NCBI GenBank assembly: GCA_963674805.2
Contig: CAXXNY010000016.1
Coordinates: 183,990 to 247,989, forward strand
Direction of reading: 5' to 3'
Length of the DNA stretch: 64,000 nt
Source of the DNA: Christensenellaceae bacterium
GTDB taxonomy: Bacteria; Bacillota; Clostridia; Christensenellales; CALMFG01
In this document: positions 19,080 to 28,529 of the stretch, piece after piece
Position numbering within the stretch: the stretch's first letter is position 1
Layout of the letters: each line of letters begins with the position of its first letter
The notes under the pieces: model-generated
Databases searched by the model: none
The model's input: only the letters and a program-made list of their open reading frames with translations
What the model was told of the DNA's origin: nothing
Program-made: the position numbers and the translations under genes

Positions 19080-19337
19080 TTACCCTTCGATTTTTTCGTC
19101 TTTCTCTCCGATAATCGCAATCGGTTCCATGATTTCTTTTTCATCGCCTTCCTGCGCTAATATCTTAAGAAGATACCCGTCAATAGGCGATTCCACCTCA
19201 TTAGTAATCTTATCCGTTTCAACCATTACCACTGGCTCGCCTTTTTTGACTGCATCGCCTTCATTTTTCAGCCATGAGCCAATAGTAGCGGAGACCATAG
19301 CAGACCCTAATTTGGGCATCGTGAGTTTTTCAGCCAT
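19080..19337 (-). CDS. Stand-alone lipoyl-attachment domain protein (E2 N-terminal domain as a separate polypeptide)
   Basis: 85 aa. MPKLGSAM...VMVETDKITNEVESP carries the lipoyl-lysine motif ETDK. Confidence 0.82.
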   Translation of the reverse strand: MAEKLTMPKLGSAMVSATIGSWLKNEGDAVKKGEPVVMVETDKITNEVESPIDGYLLKILAQEGDEKEIMEPIAIIGEKDEKIEG

Positions 19338-19338
19338 T

Positions 19339-20325
19339 TCATGCCTCCTGTCCCGTCATCTCTTTTGCAGTCTTAACAATGTCGTCTACCTGAGGCAGGA
19401 CAAAATTAGACAGTTCCAGCCCAAATGGTATCGGCGCATCTTTAGAACCAATTCTGCGCACCGGCCCTTTTAAATATTCAAAGCCCTTTTCTGCCACCTG
19501 AGCCGCAAGTTCAGACGCAACACTGCACGTCAACCATGTCTCCTGGAGCGCCAAGAAACGACCTGTCTTTTTAACCGACCGAAGTACCGTATCAATATCC
19601 ATTGGTTTAATTGTCTGCATATCGATTATTTCAACATCAATTCCGTCGTTTTTAAGTATCTGCGCGGCTTTTTCCGCAAACTCAGTCATATACGAGTAGG
19701 TTGCTATCGTGAGGTCTTTGCCTTCTTTGATCACTGCGGCCTTACCCAGCGGGATCAGGAAATCAGGATCTTCTGGCACCTCACCTTTTTTTGCATACAA
19801 GCGCTTATGCTCCAGAAAAATCACCGGATTGTTATCCCGAACCGCTGACTTCAGCAGCCCTTTTGCCGCTCTTGGATTCGAGGGAAGCACAACCTTTAGG
19901 CCGGGCACCAGTGCAAACCACGATTCAAACATATGTGAATGATGCTGGGCTTCACAGGTATATGCGCCGCAAGGTGCGCGCAACACCATCGGTACAGACA
20001 ATTTGCCGCCGAATTGGTGACGCATATTCGCCGCCTGATTCACCAGCTGATCGCTGGCAATCGTAATCCAATCGTTAAATTCAAGTTCTACAATGGGCCT
20101 AAGCCCGGTAATTGCCGCACCAACACCCATACCCGTATATCCTGCTTCAGAAATCGGCATGTCGATCACGCGTTCTGCTCCGAACTCATCGAATAATCCA
20201 ATGCTTGCGCCAAAGGCACCGCCGTACGCGCCAACGTCCAATCCCCAAAGATATACATTTTTATCCCGTCTCATTTCCTCGGCCATCGCCTGGGAAATGC
20301 TTTTCGACATCGAAATTCTTGCCAT
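19339..20325 (-). CDS. 2-oxoacid/acetoin dehydrogenase E1 beta subunit
   Basis: Start at MARISMSKS with GGAGG 7 nt upstream. It has a transketolase-like pyrimidine-binding and C-terminal domain pattern. Confidence 0.88.
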   Translation of the reverse strand: MARISMSKSISQAMAEEMRRDKNVYLWGLDVGAYGGAFGASIGLFDEFGAERVIDMPISEAGYTGMGVGAAITGLRPIVELEFNDWITIASDQLVNQAANMRHQFGGKLSVPMVLRAPCGAYTCEAQHHSHMFESWFALVPGLKVVLPSNPRAAKGLLKSAVRDNNPVIFLEHKRLYAKKGEVPEDPDFLIPLGKAAVIKEGKDLTIATYSYMTEFAEKAAQILKNDGIDVEIIDMQTIKPMDIDTVLRSVKKTGRFLALQETWLTCSVASELAAQVAEKGFEYLKGPVRRIGSKDAPIPFGLELSNFVLPQVDDIVKTAKEMTGQEA

Positions 20326-20346
20326 AACAAATCCTCCAGTTTTCAC

Positions 20347-21303
20347 TTATGCATAAATATCTTCGAGCGCTGTTTCCAGAGCGGGGAATTTGCTTTCTTT
20401 CGCAAAGGTCAGTGCGTCGGCAATTTCCGCATTAATTCTCTGTTCAACCGCCTCAATATCCGCTTCCGGAACACCCGAAGCCAACAATTTCTTTTTGTAG
20501 TTTTTAATCGGGCATCTTTCTTTCCAGCTCTCAATTTCCTCGGCGCTCCGGTATGCGACAACCTCCGGCTCACCTTCAAAGTGGCCCCGCCACCGATAGG
20601 TCAGACATTCGATAATCGATGGGCCTTCACCGTTACGCGCACGGTCAACGGCTTCCTTAACGGTTTTTTGTACCAATTCAACATCATTCCCGTCTATAGT
20701 GATTCCCGGAATCCCGTAGGCGGCCGCTCTTTCCGATACCTTTTCGATATTGCGCACACCGTCCTGTCGGCAGCTGACGCCAAACAAGTTATTTTCACAA
20801 ATGTAAACGACCGGCAGCTTCAAAAAAGACGCCAGATTGATTGCTTCATGAAACGTTCCCTGATTGCTTGCACCATCGCCGAAAAAGCACAGCGTTACTT
20901 TACCATCCTGCAATTTCTTTGACGACATCGCCGCACCTGTTGCAATCGGTATGCCTGCGCCGACGATCCCGTTTGCACCCAGCATGCCAAGTTCGGGTGC
21001 TGCGATATGCAATGATCCGCCCTTCCCTTTGCAATAGCCTGTTTCTTTTCCATACAGCTCTGCCATACACTTATCCGGCTTTGCACCTTTTGCTAATGCA
21101 TGGCCGTGGCCGCGATGTGTGCTCGTAATATAATCGCTTTGCTTAATTGCACTGCAAGCGCCGATTGCAATCGCTTCTTCACCGATATAAAGATGTACCG
21201 CCCCGGGTATTTCACCTTTATAAACGACATCTTGTGCGATTTCTTCAAATCTGCGTATGCGATACATGCCCTCGAATAAGGCAAGTTTAGATTCGTTTTC
21301 CAT
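20347..21303 (-). CDS. 2-oxoacid/acetoin dehydrogenase E1 alpha subunit (ThDP-dependent)
   Basis: 318 aa with the ThDP-binding motif FFGDGASNQG...N. Confidence 0.88.
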   Translation of the reverse strand: MENESKLALFEGMYRIRRFEEIAQDVVYKGEIPGAVHLYIGEEAIAIGACSAIKQSDYITSTHRGHGHALAKGAKPDKCMAELYGKETGYCKGKGGSLHIAAPELGMLGANGIVGAGIPIATGAAMSSKKLQDGKVTLCFFGDGASNQGTFHEAINLASFLKLPVVYICENNLFGVSCRQDGVRNIEKVSERAAAYGIPGITIDGNDVELVQKTVKEAVDRARNGEGPSIIECLTYRWRGHFEGEPEVVAYRSAEEIESWKERCPIKNYKKKLLASGVPEADIEAVEQRINAEIADALTFAKESKFPALETALEDIYA

Positions 21304-21321
21304 TTATCCATTCTCTCCTTT

Positions 21322-22827
21322 TTATTTCGTTGCAAACTGCATGACCATTTCCTGCGTGACTTCTTCTCCGCTCAGTTCGCCGGTGATGCGTCCGTCATGC
21401 ATGACAATGATTCTATGTGCAATGCCGATGACTTCCGGCAGCTCGGATGATACAACAATAACCGCCTTTCCTTGCGCAGCCAAACTCACCAGAATCTTAT
21501 AGATTTCCTGCTTAGCCCCTACATCAATTCCCCGTGTTGGTTCATCAAAGAGTATGATATCCGGCTCAATATTCAGCCATTTTGACAGTACGCATTTCTG
21601 CTGGTTGCCGCCGCTTAAATCCTTAATCAACTGATTGGTGCTTGGTGTTGCGATTCTGAATTTTTCAATAAAATTCTTTGCAATCCCATCTTCGGCTTGT
21701 TTGCTGAGAAAGGTATTCTTCAGTATTTTCTTTAAACCTGATAAAGAAATGTTCTTGGCTACCGAGAAATCAGGTATAATTCCGTCGCGTTTCCGCTCCT
21801 CAGGCACAAATCCCATATGGTTCTGAATGGCTTTTTGAATATTGTCAATTTGTACAGGTTTGCTGTTAATTTTAATCTCAGCTGAACACTTATCCACCCC
21901 AAACAATGCACGCAATAACTCCGTCCGTCCCGAACCAACCAACCCGGCAATTCCAAGGATTTCACCGCGATACAAATCAAAATTTATATCGAACAAAACG
22001 CCTTCCCTGTTCAGGTTTTTGACTTCCATCAGTTTTTCTTTTCTGCTAATCTTTTTATCGGGATATATGTTAATAATTTCCCGGCCAACCATATGCCTGA
22101 TTAAGAGGTCACGATTCAGGTTGCCGACTTTATCCGATATGATTGTTTTTCCGTCCCGAAGTACGGTGACCAAATCTGCAATCTTAAAAATCTCTTCCAG
22201 GCGATGCGAGATATAGACAATCGATATCCCATCCTTCTTTAGCTTGCGGATAATTTCAAATAAAATATCAAGCTCGCTGTCAGTCAGTGTTGCAGAAGGT
22301 TCATCCATAATAATCAGCTTTGCGTCCCGCTTCAGCGCTTTGCATATCTCAACAATCTGTTTCTGTGCAACGCTGAGTTCTTCCACTTTCTTTTCAACAT
22401 CTATTTTAATTCCCAAAGAATCAACGAGTGTTTTCGCTTCTTTGCGCATCTCTTTCCAGTTGACTGTTTTCCCGATCATCGATTTTTTTAATCTGGGATG
22501 GCCGAGAAAAATATTTTCTGCAACAGAAAGGCTTTCCACCATCTTTAGTTCCTGATGGACCGTGCTGATTCCAATACCGATTGCATCCTGTGGTGTTAAG
22601 TCGGAATACTGTTTTCCTTCAAAAAAGACTTCACCGCTGTCCGGTTTAAATACACCCGAAATCACTTTAATCAGCGTGGACTTTCCTGCACCGTTTTCAC
22701 CCACAAGCGCATGCACGTCACCTTTTTTCACCTGAAAAGACACATTGTCCAGCGCCAGAACACCTGGGAATTGTTTTCTAATATTATTAACGACAAGGAT
22801 GTTTTCATTTTCTACTGGGTTACCCAT
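21322..22827 (-). CDS. Sugar ABC transporter ATP-binding protein (duplicated ABC domains)
   Basis: Motifs GENGAGKST and LSGGNQQK are present. The start is set at MGNPVENEN, 9 nt after GGGAG. An alternative ATG lies at 22833. Confidence 0.9.
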   Translation of the reverse strand: MGNPVENENILVVNNIRKQFPGVLALDNVSFQVKKGDVHALVGENGAGKSTLIKVISGVFKPDSGEVFFEGKQYSDLTPQDAIGIGISTVHQELKMVESLSVAENIFLGHPRLKKSMIGKTVNWKEMRKEAKTLVDSLGIKIDVEKKVEELSVAQKQIVEICKALKRDAKLIIMDEPSATLTDSELDILFEIIRKLKKDGISIVYISHRLEEIFKIADLVTVLRDGKTIISDKVGNLNRDLLIRHMVGREIINIYPDKKISRKEKLMEVKNLNREGVLFDINFDLYRGEILGIAGLVGSGRTELLRALFGVDKCSAEIKINSKPVQIDNIQKAIQNHMGFVPEERKRDGIIPDFSVAKNISLSGLKKILKNTFLSKQAEDGIAKNFIEKFRIATPSTNQLIKDLSGGNQQKCVLSKWLNIEPDIILFDEPTRGIDVGAKQEIYKILVSLAAQGKAVIVVSSELPEVIGIAHRIIVMHDGRITGELSGEEVTQEMVMQFATK

Positions 22828-22840
22828 TATCATACGCTCC

Positions 22841-23845
22841 CTATTGTTGTTCCTGGTTCCGATAAACATCCAGCCCGATCGCGAAGATGAACACCACGCC
22901 TTTGATCACCTGCTGCATGTAGGAATCCACATTTAATATGGTCATTCCGTTCATCAGCGTCGCAATGAATATTGCTCCGAATAAAACACCCAGCGCCTTG
23001 CCCTTACCGCCCGAAAAACTAACGCCGCCGATAACCACTGCGATAATGCCTTCAAACTCATACCCCTGCGCTGCGTTCGGCTGCCCGGAATTTAACCGTG
23101 ACGCCATCACGATTCCCGCGAGTGCCGACAGGATACCGCACAGCACATAAGCAAGAGTTTTATATTTTGCCACTTTAATCCCGCTTAAATAAGCAGCATC
23201 TTCGTTGCCGCCAATGGCAAAGAAATACCGCCCCATCTGCTTCTTCTCAGACAAAACAATGACAAAGATAAAGACAACGGCAACGATCAAGGCCGGAATC
23301 GGTATCCCCCATACACTGCCAAGACCGATCACATTAAACCAATCCGGCATACCGATAATCGGATAAGAACTCGTAATCAGGAATACAACGCCTCTGACAA
23401 TCAGCATCGTTCCCAAGGAAGCAATAAACGGCGGTATCCTGAATTTGGAGACAATCAGCCCATTAATTAAGCCAACTATCCCGCCCACACAGAGAACCGC
23501 GATAATCGCAACCGGCAGTATTGGTAATCCGCCTGCTTTCACAATCATAGCGAAGATAACGCCGGACAGTGCCAGCGTGGATGCGATCGAAAGGTCTATC
23601 ATTGCGGCAATGATGACAAAGAACTCCGCCGCACCTAATATCGACGTAATGGCGGACTGCCGCAGAATGTTCAGCGCGTTTTCTCCAGAACAGAACGCAT
23701 CTGACAAAACAGACAAGATGATAAATAATGCAATAACTACATAAATGATTGCGTAGTTTTTGCTTGTGCTGACAATGAACTGCTTAAATCTTGATTCACT
23801 AGTTTTCACGAAAAATCTCTCCTCTGTATTGATTGTGCCGCTCAC
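22841..23845 (-). CDS. CUT2 sugar ABC transporter permease
   Basis: 334 aa, polytopic and RbsC-like. Confidence 0.9.
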   Translation of the reverse strand: MSGTINTEERFFVKTSESRFKQFIVSTSKNYAIIYVVIALFIILSVLSDAFCSGENALNILRQSAITSILGAAEFFVIIAAMIDLSIASTLALSGVIFAMIVKAGGLPILPVAIIAVLCVGGIVGLINGLIVSKFRIPPFIASLGTMLIVRGVVFLITSSYPIIGMPDWFNVIGLGSVWGIPIPALIVAVVFIFVIVLSEKKQMGRYFFAIGGNEDAAYLSGIKVAKYKTLAYVLCGILSALAGIVMASRLNSGQPNAAQGYEFEGIIAVVIGGVSFSGGKGKALGVLFGAIFIATLMNGMTILNVDSYMQQVIKGVVFIFAIGLDVYRNQEQQ

Positions 23846-23874
23846 GCTTTAACGTGAACGACACAATTTTCTGT

Positions 23875-24921
23875 TTATTCGGCTCCCATACCAGCCGCAT
23901 ATTCATCGAGGTTATCAGCCGTAACAATGGCGATTTCGACTTTTGTGCTTTCTTCAAGCGCAACGCCGTCCCTGATATATGCTTCGACCGCTTCGATCGC
24001 CGCACGTGCTGCATCCGTACCAAACGGGATACATGCAACTTTTAAGTAATTGTTTTCTGCTCTTAAATGATCTGCTGTTTCCTGTCCCCAGCCTTCAGTC
24101 GCGATAAAGTAATTCGCAGCATCCAGACCTTTGGCTTCCATTGAAGCCGCAACGCCGTAACCCATATCGCTCATGCCTGTGTACCAAACCTGAATGTCTT
24201 TATCAGCCGCAAGTACGTTATCAGCTACTGTCATGGCTACGCTTCTGTCATTTTTACCGTCATGATCCCCAACAATTTCAGCATCCGGGCATAATTCTTC
24301 GATCGCAGCTTTAAACCCATTCCAGCGCGGGATCTGAACCGTAACATTTGTGGTGTCATATACGCCAACCACTTTGCCGGCTCCGTCGAAGTTTTCGTTC
24401 AAATATTCTGCTGCAAGGACGCCCATGTTATATCCGGCCTGGTATTGGTCAAATTCAAAATAGCTCATCACATTTGACATATCTTCTAAAGAAGTTTCGA
24501 GGCAAATGACCGGAATCCCTTTTTCGGTTGCTTTCGCAACAAGGCTTGTAGTCGCACTGGCATCAACAGGGGCATAGATAATAGCATCCACACTCTGCGC
24601 AATCCATGTCTCAAACTGCTGCACCTGTTTTGCACTGTCGCCGTCGCCATCCTGAACCGAAAGCTCTATATTCAGTTCTCCTGCCGTTTCCAGAGCTTCT
24701 GCTTCAAGGTCTTTCCACCACTGGTCTCTTCTGAACCACAGCCCAAATCCAAATGTCAAGGTTTCCTCTGCGTCAGAAACCGTTTCAGAAGCGGTTTCTT
24801 CTGCTGGTTGGGAAGCTTCCGCTTCACTTTCGCCCGCATCTGCTTGCTGACTGCATCCTACCATCAAACCAAATGATAAGATCATCAATACAGCAAGTAT
24901 TAATGCAACCTTACTTTTCAT
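23875..24921 (-). CDS. Sugar ABC transporter substrate-binding lipoprotein
   Basis: 348 aa. It has a signal peptide with lipobox LMVGC, followed by an acidic linker. Confidence 0.88.
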   Translation of the reverse strand: MKSKVALILAVLMILSFGLMVGCSQQADAGESEAEASQPAEETASETVSDAEETLTFGFGLWFRRDQWWKDLEAEALETAGELNIELSVQDGDGDSAKQVQQFETWIAQSVDAIIYAPVDASATTSLVAKATEKGIPVICLETSLEDMSNVMSYFEFDQYQAGYNMGVLAAEYLNENFDGAGKVVGVYDTTNVTVQIPRWNGFKAAIEELCPDAEIVGDHDGKNDRSVAMTVADNVLAADKDIQVWYTGMSDMGYGVAASMEAKGLDAANYFIATEGWGQETADHLRAENNYLKVACIPFGTDAARAAIEAVEAYIRDGVALEESTKVEIAIVTADNLDEYAAGMGAE

Positions 24922-24952
24922 AGTTACTCTCCTTTTTTATTATTAATGCAGA

Positions 24953-26305
24953 TTATTCCGCATTACCAACAAAATGTTGTACGTTTACCGGCAGTCTGTT
25001 TAATGTCTTCACTTCTGCGCCGTATTTCCCTAAGGTCTTTTCAACTACCAGATAATCAAGCCCCGGTATCACAATATCATTCCACTTGCTGCCGATACCC
25101 CGGATGGCAACATCAAGCATCATCACGATTTGATTCCCCAGCGGCTGGTCCGAGTTCAATGTAATGGCACCATAGAACTCCTGGCACTCGGTATAGCCGG
25201 AATTATGCGTGCCGGTATACGGCTTCTGTGCCGCCAGATCAAGCTTCCTGCCGATTCTGCTGCTCACCTCTTGCTCACGTGCAGTAAAGTAATCAATGAG
25301 CGCCTGTTCCTGAATCCTTGCCGGCAGATCGTTTTTTGCGACATCCACAAACGCATCATATCCCGTTCGGTATGCATCCTCGATAAAATCAAACCAGTAT
25401 TGTTGTTCCTTCGTTATTTTTTTCGGATCATCCACACATACTACAGATACGCGTTCACAGGCGGTTAGGCCATCGCGTTTCGGTGAAACGCCGATATGAA
25501 CAATATCCCCCTCATTGATCGGCCGGTTTAGGGCTTTGCCGATCAGCGTCCGGTTCGCTTCATTTGCATTGACCATTACATCAAAGCCGAACTCTTCGGC
25601 TCCCAGCTCCTGGGCAATTGCGTATCCCCACTGCGAAACCTGTGTTTCCAGCATCCCGGGTTTTAATACGGCCAACATCCCTTCCACCATTACATCAGAT
25701 ATTAAGGATGCTTGTGCGATCAATGCCATCTCACTATCTGATTTCTCATATTTAATTTTATAAAATAAGTCCTGTGCATCCACCAGTTCTCCGTCATCGC
25801 CGACATATGCCTTTAAAAAGGTATATAAGCTAACCGGAAAAACTTCTTTTGGCGTTAATATCCCGATACGCCGCGGCTTTCTACCTGCAGCCGCTTCAAT
25901 CACATCCTCAACGCGTTCTGCTTCAACCGGATATTCTTCATCCGCCAGCTTCAACATCTCAACCTTATGCACTTGAACACCTGACCGGCCGGTCAGCTGT
26001 TCCGCCACATACCCGCCTTCCAGTCCGGCCAGCACATGAAAACCGTTTTTTCCGATAACACCGGCAATCGGTTCGATTGTAATATTCGTGCATCCGCCCA
26101 AATAGGGCACATCACCGTTATAGTGCTCGTCGGAATATACAAACGCAGCATCGATATCCGCATCTTTCAGCGCTTGGATCACTTTTTGGTGCCGCGCTGA
26201 AAACTCTGCGCGATCTATCCGAAGGTTCTTATCTATTGAAGGTGCGCGGCTTAATACCTTCGCCACTTTTTTAGCATCGGCCAGCCAGCTGTCTGAAACG
26301 CCCAT
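24953..26305 (-). CDS. M24-family (creatinase/Xaa-Pro peptidase fold) protein
   Basis: Start at MGVSDSW with AGGAG upstream. It has a creatinase_N-like N-terminal half and a pita-bread-fold C-terminal half. The metal ligands were not verified. Confidence 0.65.
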   Translation of the reverse strand: MGVSDSWLADAKKVAKVLSRAPSIDKNLRIDRAEFSARHQKVIQALKDADIDAAFVYSDEHYNGDVPYLGGCTNITIEPIAGVIGKNGFHVLAGLEGGYVAEQLTGRSGVQVHKVEMLKLADEEYPVEAERVEDVIEAAAGRKPRRIGILTPKEVFPVSLYTFLKAYVGDDGELVDAQDLFYKIKYEKSDSEMALIAQASLISDVMVEGMLAVLKPGMLETQVSQWGYAIAQELGAEEFGFDVMVNANEANRTLIGKALNRPINEGDIVHIGVSPKRDGLTACERVSVVCVDDPKKITKEQQYWFDFIEDAYRTGYDAFVDVAKNDLPARIQEQALIDYFTAREQEVSSRIGRKLDLAAQKPYTGTHNSGYTECQEFYGAITLNSDQPLGNQIVMMLDVAIRGIGSKWNDIVIPGLDYLVVEKTLGKYGAEVKTLNRLPVNVQHFVGNAE

Positions 26306-26321
26306 TTTTATATCTCCTGTT

Positions 26322-27353
26322 TTATATCTCTTTCCATTCCACAACACGCGATTCGTCGCTTGATTTTTTAATCAGCTCCAGCGTCCGGATTACATCGCTT
26401 GCCTGTTGCATTTCAACAAACGGAATCGGTTCACCCGATAAATAGGGTACAATGTCCTCGTAAAATCCGCCTTCAAGCCCGGACTCCTTCACATCATGCA
26501 GATGAATCGTGCTGGTCTCCTGTTTTCCATATGCATTAATATAAGTAATCTCACACTGATCCCAGAACGGCTCACGCTTCCCTTTAACCAAAATGGTTCC
26601 CTTCGTTCCAACGACATACCATCTCGGCAGATCGAGCTTGGCATTATTGCTGCACTCAATCTGACAGACAGTGTCGCTGTCAAATTTCAGTGATGCAAAA
26701 AAGTAATCATCCACTTCTTTGCTCCAGACCCCTGCCTGTACCACGCCATAAATCTGCTTTGGCGTCTGTCCCATCATTTGTATCATCTGGTCAACCAGAT
26801 GCGGACCCCAATCCAGCAGCATCCCGCCGCCGTACTGCGCCTTAATGCGCCACGGGTTGGTCATGCCGTCAATGCCCCAACTTGGCCATCCCTCATCGCA
26901 AAACATCGCTTTTGATTGAATGCAGAGTATATCGCCGATTTTCCCCGATGCAATCGTATCCTTAACCAGCAGATAATCACGGTCCCATCTGCTGCTCTGG
27001 TGCACCATGATTTTGCGCTTATGCGTATTTGCCGCTTTGATCATGCGCTGTGTGCTTTGGTACGTCATACTCATCGGCTTTTCTACGACGACGTGCGCCT
27101 TCGCCTCCAGCGCTTTAACCGCCAGCGGTTCATGCGACTCATTTGTTGTGACAATCACAACCACATCAAGGCCGGCTTTTAAAAACTCGTCTACATCACT
27201 ATAAACTTCCGTGTTATATGCTTGTTTCAGTTCTGCCACGCGTGATGCGTTTTTTTCGCAAATCGCGGTTAATTCCAGCTGGTCATTATTGAGAATCCAG
27301 CCGGCATGGGCGCGCCCCATTTTTCCCATTCCGATAATTCCAGTGCGCAACAC
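26322..27353 (-). CDS. Gfo/Idh/MocA-family NAD(P)-dependent oxidoreductase
   Basis: 343 aa with a GTG start after GGAGGG. The Rossmann motif is GIIGMGKMG and an EKP motif is present. Confidence 0.85.
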   Translation of the reverse strand: MLRTGIIGMGKMGRAHAGWILNNDQLELTAICEKNASRVAELKQAYNTEVYSDVDEFLKAGLDVVVIVTTNESHEPLAVKALEAKAHVVVEKPMSMTYQSTQRMIKAANTHKRKIMVHQSSRWDRDYLLVKDTIASGKIGDILCIQSKAMFCDEGWPSWGIDGMTNPWRIKAQYGGGMLLDWGPHLVDQMIQMMGQTPKQIYGVVQAGVWSKEVDDYFFASLKFDSDTVCQIECSNNAKLDLPRWYVVGTKGTILVKGKREPFWDQCEITYINAYGKQETSTIHLHDVKESGLEGGFYEDIVPYLSGEPIPFVEMQQASDVIRTLELIKKSSDESRVVEWKEI

Positions 27354-27366
27354 CTATTTCCCTCCT

Positions 27367-28482
27367 TTAATCTTTTACCATTATCTGCGGCAGCCTGATT
27401 TCTTCTCCGCCGGCCTGATATGCTTTTTCCGGCCATATGCCCTGTACCGTTACCAGTTCAACGCCGTCCTCTTCGGACGTCAGCATCGTTTCTTCGACAT
27501 TCACACCGGTGATGGTCACATACCAGTTAAACGACTGCCGGTTTACCATTACCGCCTCTTTATTCGTACAGAACGATGCGTCGTTTGCCATATATCCAGT
27601 GAGGCCGCCGGCAAAATGCTCTTCCCACTCGTTTGCATAACCAAACTGTTCATAAAGTTTCTTCTGCATCATTGAGATATCATAGAACTTAGCGCCCGGT
27701 CTTGCGCTTAATATCGTATTCGCTTCTATCGTACACGCCGCCTGATACCTTTTCTCGATATCTTCCGGCACGTCACCGTCAAAATATATCATGCGTGTAA
27801 TGGGTACATTTAATCCATACCTTTTGCCCGAAAGCACCAGCATCAGCGCACGATCAATCTTTTGGTCAGCAGGCAGAGGATGACGGTATTTACTGATCTC
27901 ATCATCAACGCCGATAATCATACAGGTGATCTGCTGGCTGCGTTTTGAGAATTCCTCCAGCAGCTTTGTCTGTATATCATTCGCTGTCATCCCGTGTTCT
28001 GCAAAACCAGCCACAGCCAAAACTGCATTTTCCGTATCTTTGCCAATCTTCCTGTATCGGTTGACTTCTCCCAATGTCAGCGGGTAATGCAGTTGATAAA
28101 ACGCAGAGAAGCTGAGTTCTGCTCCGGATATCGGGATATCTGATATTATCCTTTTGCCGCTTACCAGATTCATTGCATATGCAACCGTACTTTCCTCGAA
28201 CCATTTCAGAGAAATAACTTCAATCGGCAGCCCGCCAATCTCCTGATCTTTTAATCTGGCAGCATCCATTTTATTTGCAATGCAGTATGCTTTATCAGCG
28301 GTAAAGAGCAGTATGCATGAACCGCCTTGTGAATCAAGCAGGATATGGCTGTCCCCGCCGCATGTTGCCCAGGCAAAGTTTGCTGTGGTCCCAAAGATAA
28401 TGGCATCATAGCCATTCTCGTTTAAAAAACGATTAATGCGCTCCCGCTTTTCCTGATACTCTGCCATGCACTCATGATTCAT
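27367..28482 (-). CDS. M24-family (creatinase/prolidase-like) protein
   Basis: 371 aa. It is a second, shorter paralogue-like M24-fold protein in the same operon. Confidence 0.6.
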   Translation of the reverse strand: MNHECMAEYQEKRERINRFLNENGYDAIIFGTTANFAWATCGGDSHILLDSQGGSCILLFTADKAYCIANKMDAARLKDQEIGGLPIEVISLKWFEESTVAYAMNLVSGKRIISDIPISGAELSFSAFYQLHYPLTLGEVNRYRKIGKDTENAVLAVAGFAEHGMTANDIQTKLLEEFSKRSQQITCMIIGVDDEISKYRHPLPADQKIDRALMLVLSGKRYGLNVPITRMIYFDGDVPEDIEKRYQAACTIEANTILSARPGAKFYDISMMQKKLYEQFGYANEWEEHFAGGLTGYMANDASFCTNKEAVMVNRQSFNWYVTITGVNVEETMLTSEEDGVELVTVQGIWPEKAYQAGGEEIRLPQIMVKD

Positions 28483-28497
28483 CTGTATGTCTCCTTT

Positions 28498-28515
28498 TAG
28501 GTAATCGATTTCCTA
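28498..28515. promoter_or_regulatory. Near-palindromic LacI-type operator candidate: TAGGTAATCGATTTCCTA
   Basis: 16 of 18 positions are self-complementary around a central CG. It lies between the LacI gene stop and the M24 gene start. Confidence 0.55.
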
Positions 28516-28529
28516 ATATGTAAATTTTT

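Noticed and set aside
19061-19144. Long N-terminal extension of the ADH ORF (track start 19144)
   Set aside because: It would overlap the lipoyl-protein gene by 65 nt and encodes a Lys/Arg-rich non-ADH sequence. The internal ATG at 19060 has a perfect AGGAGG RBS.
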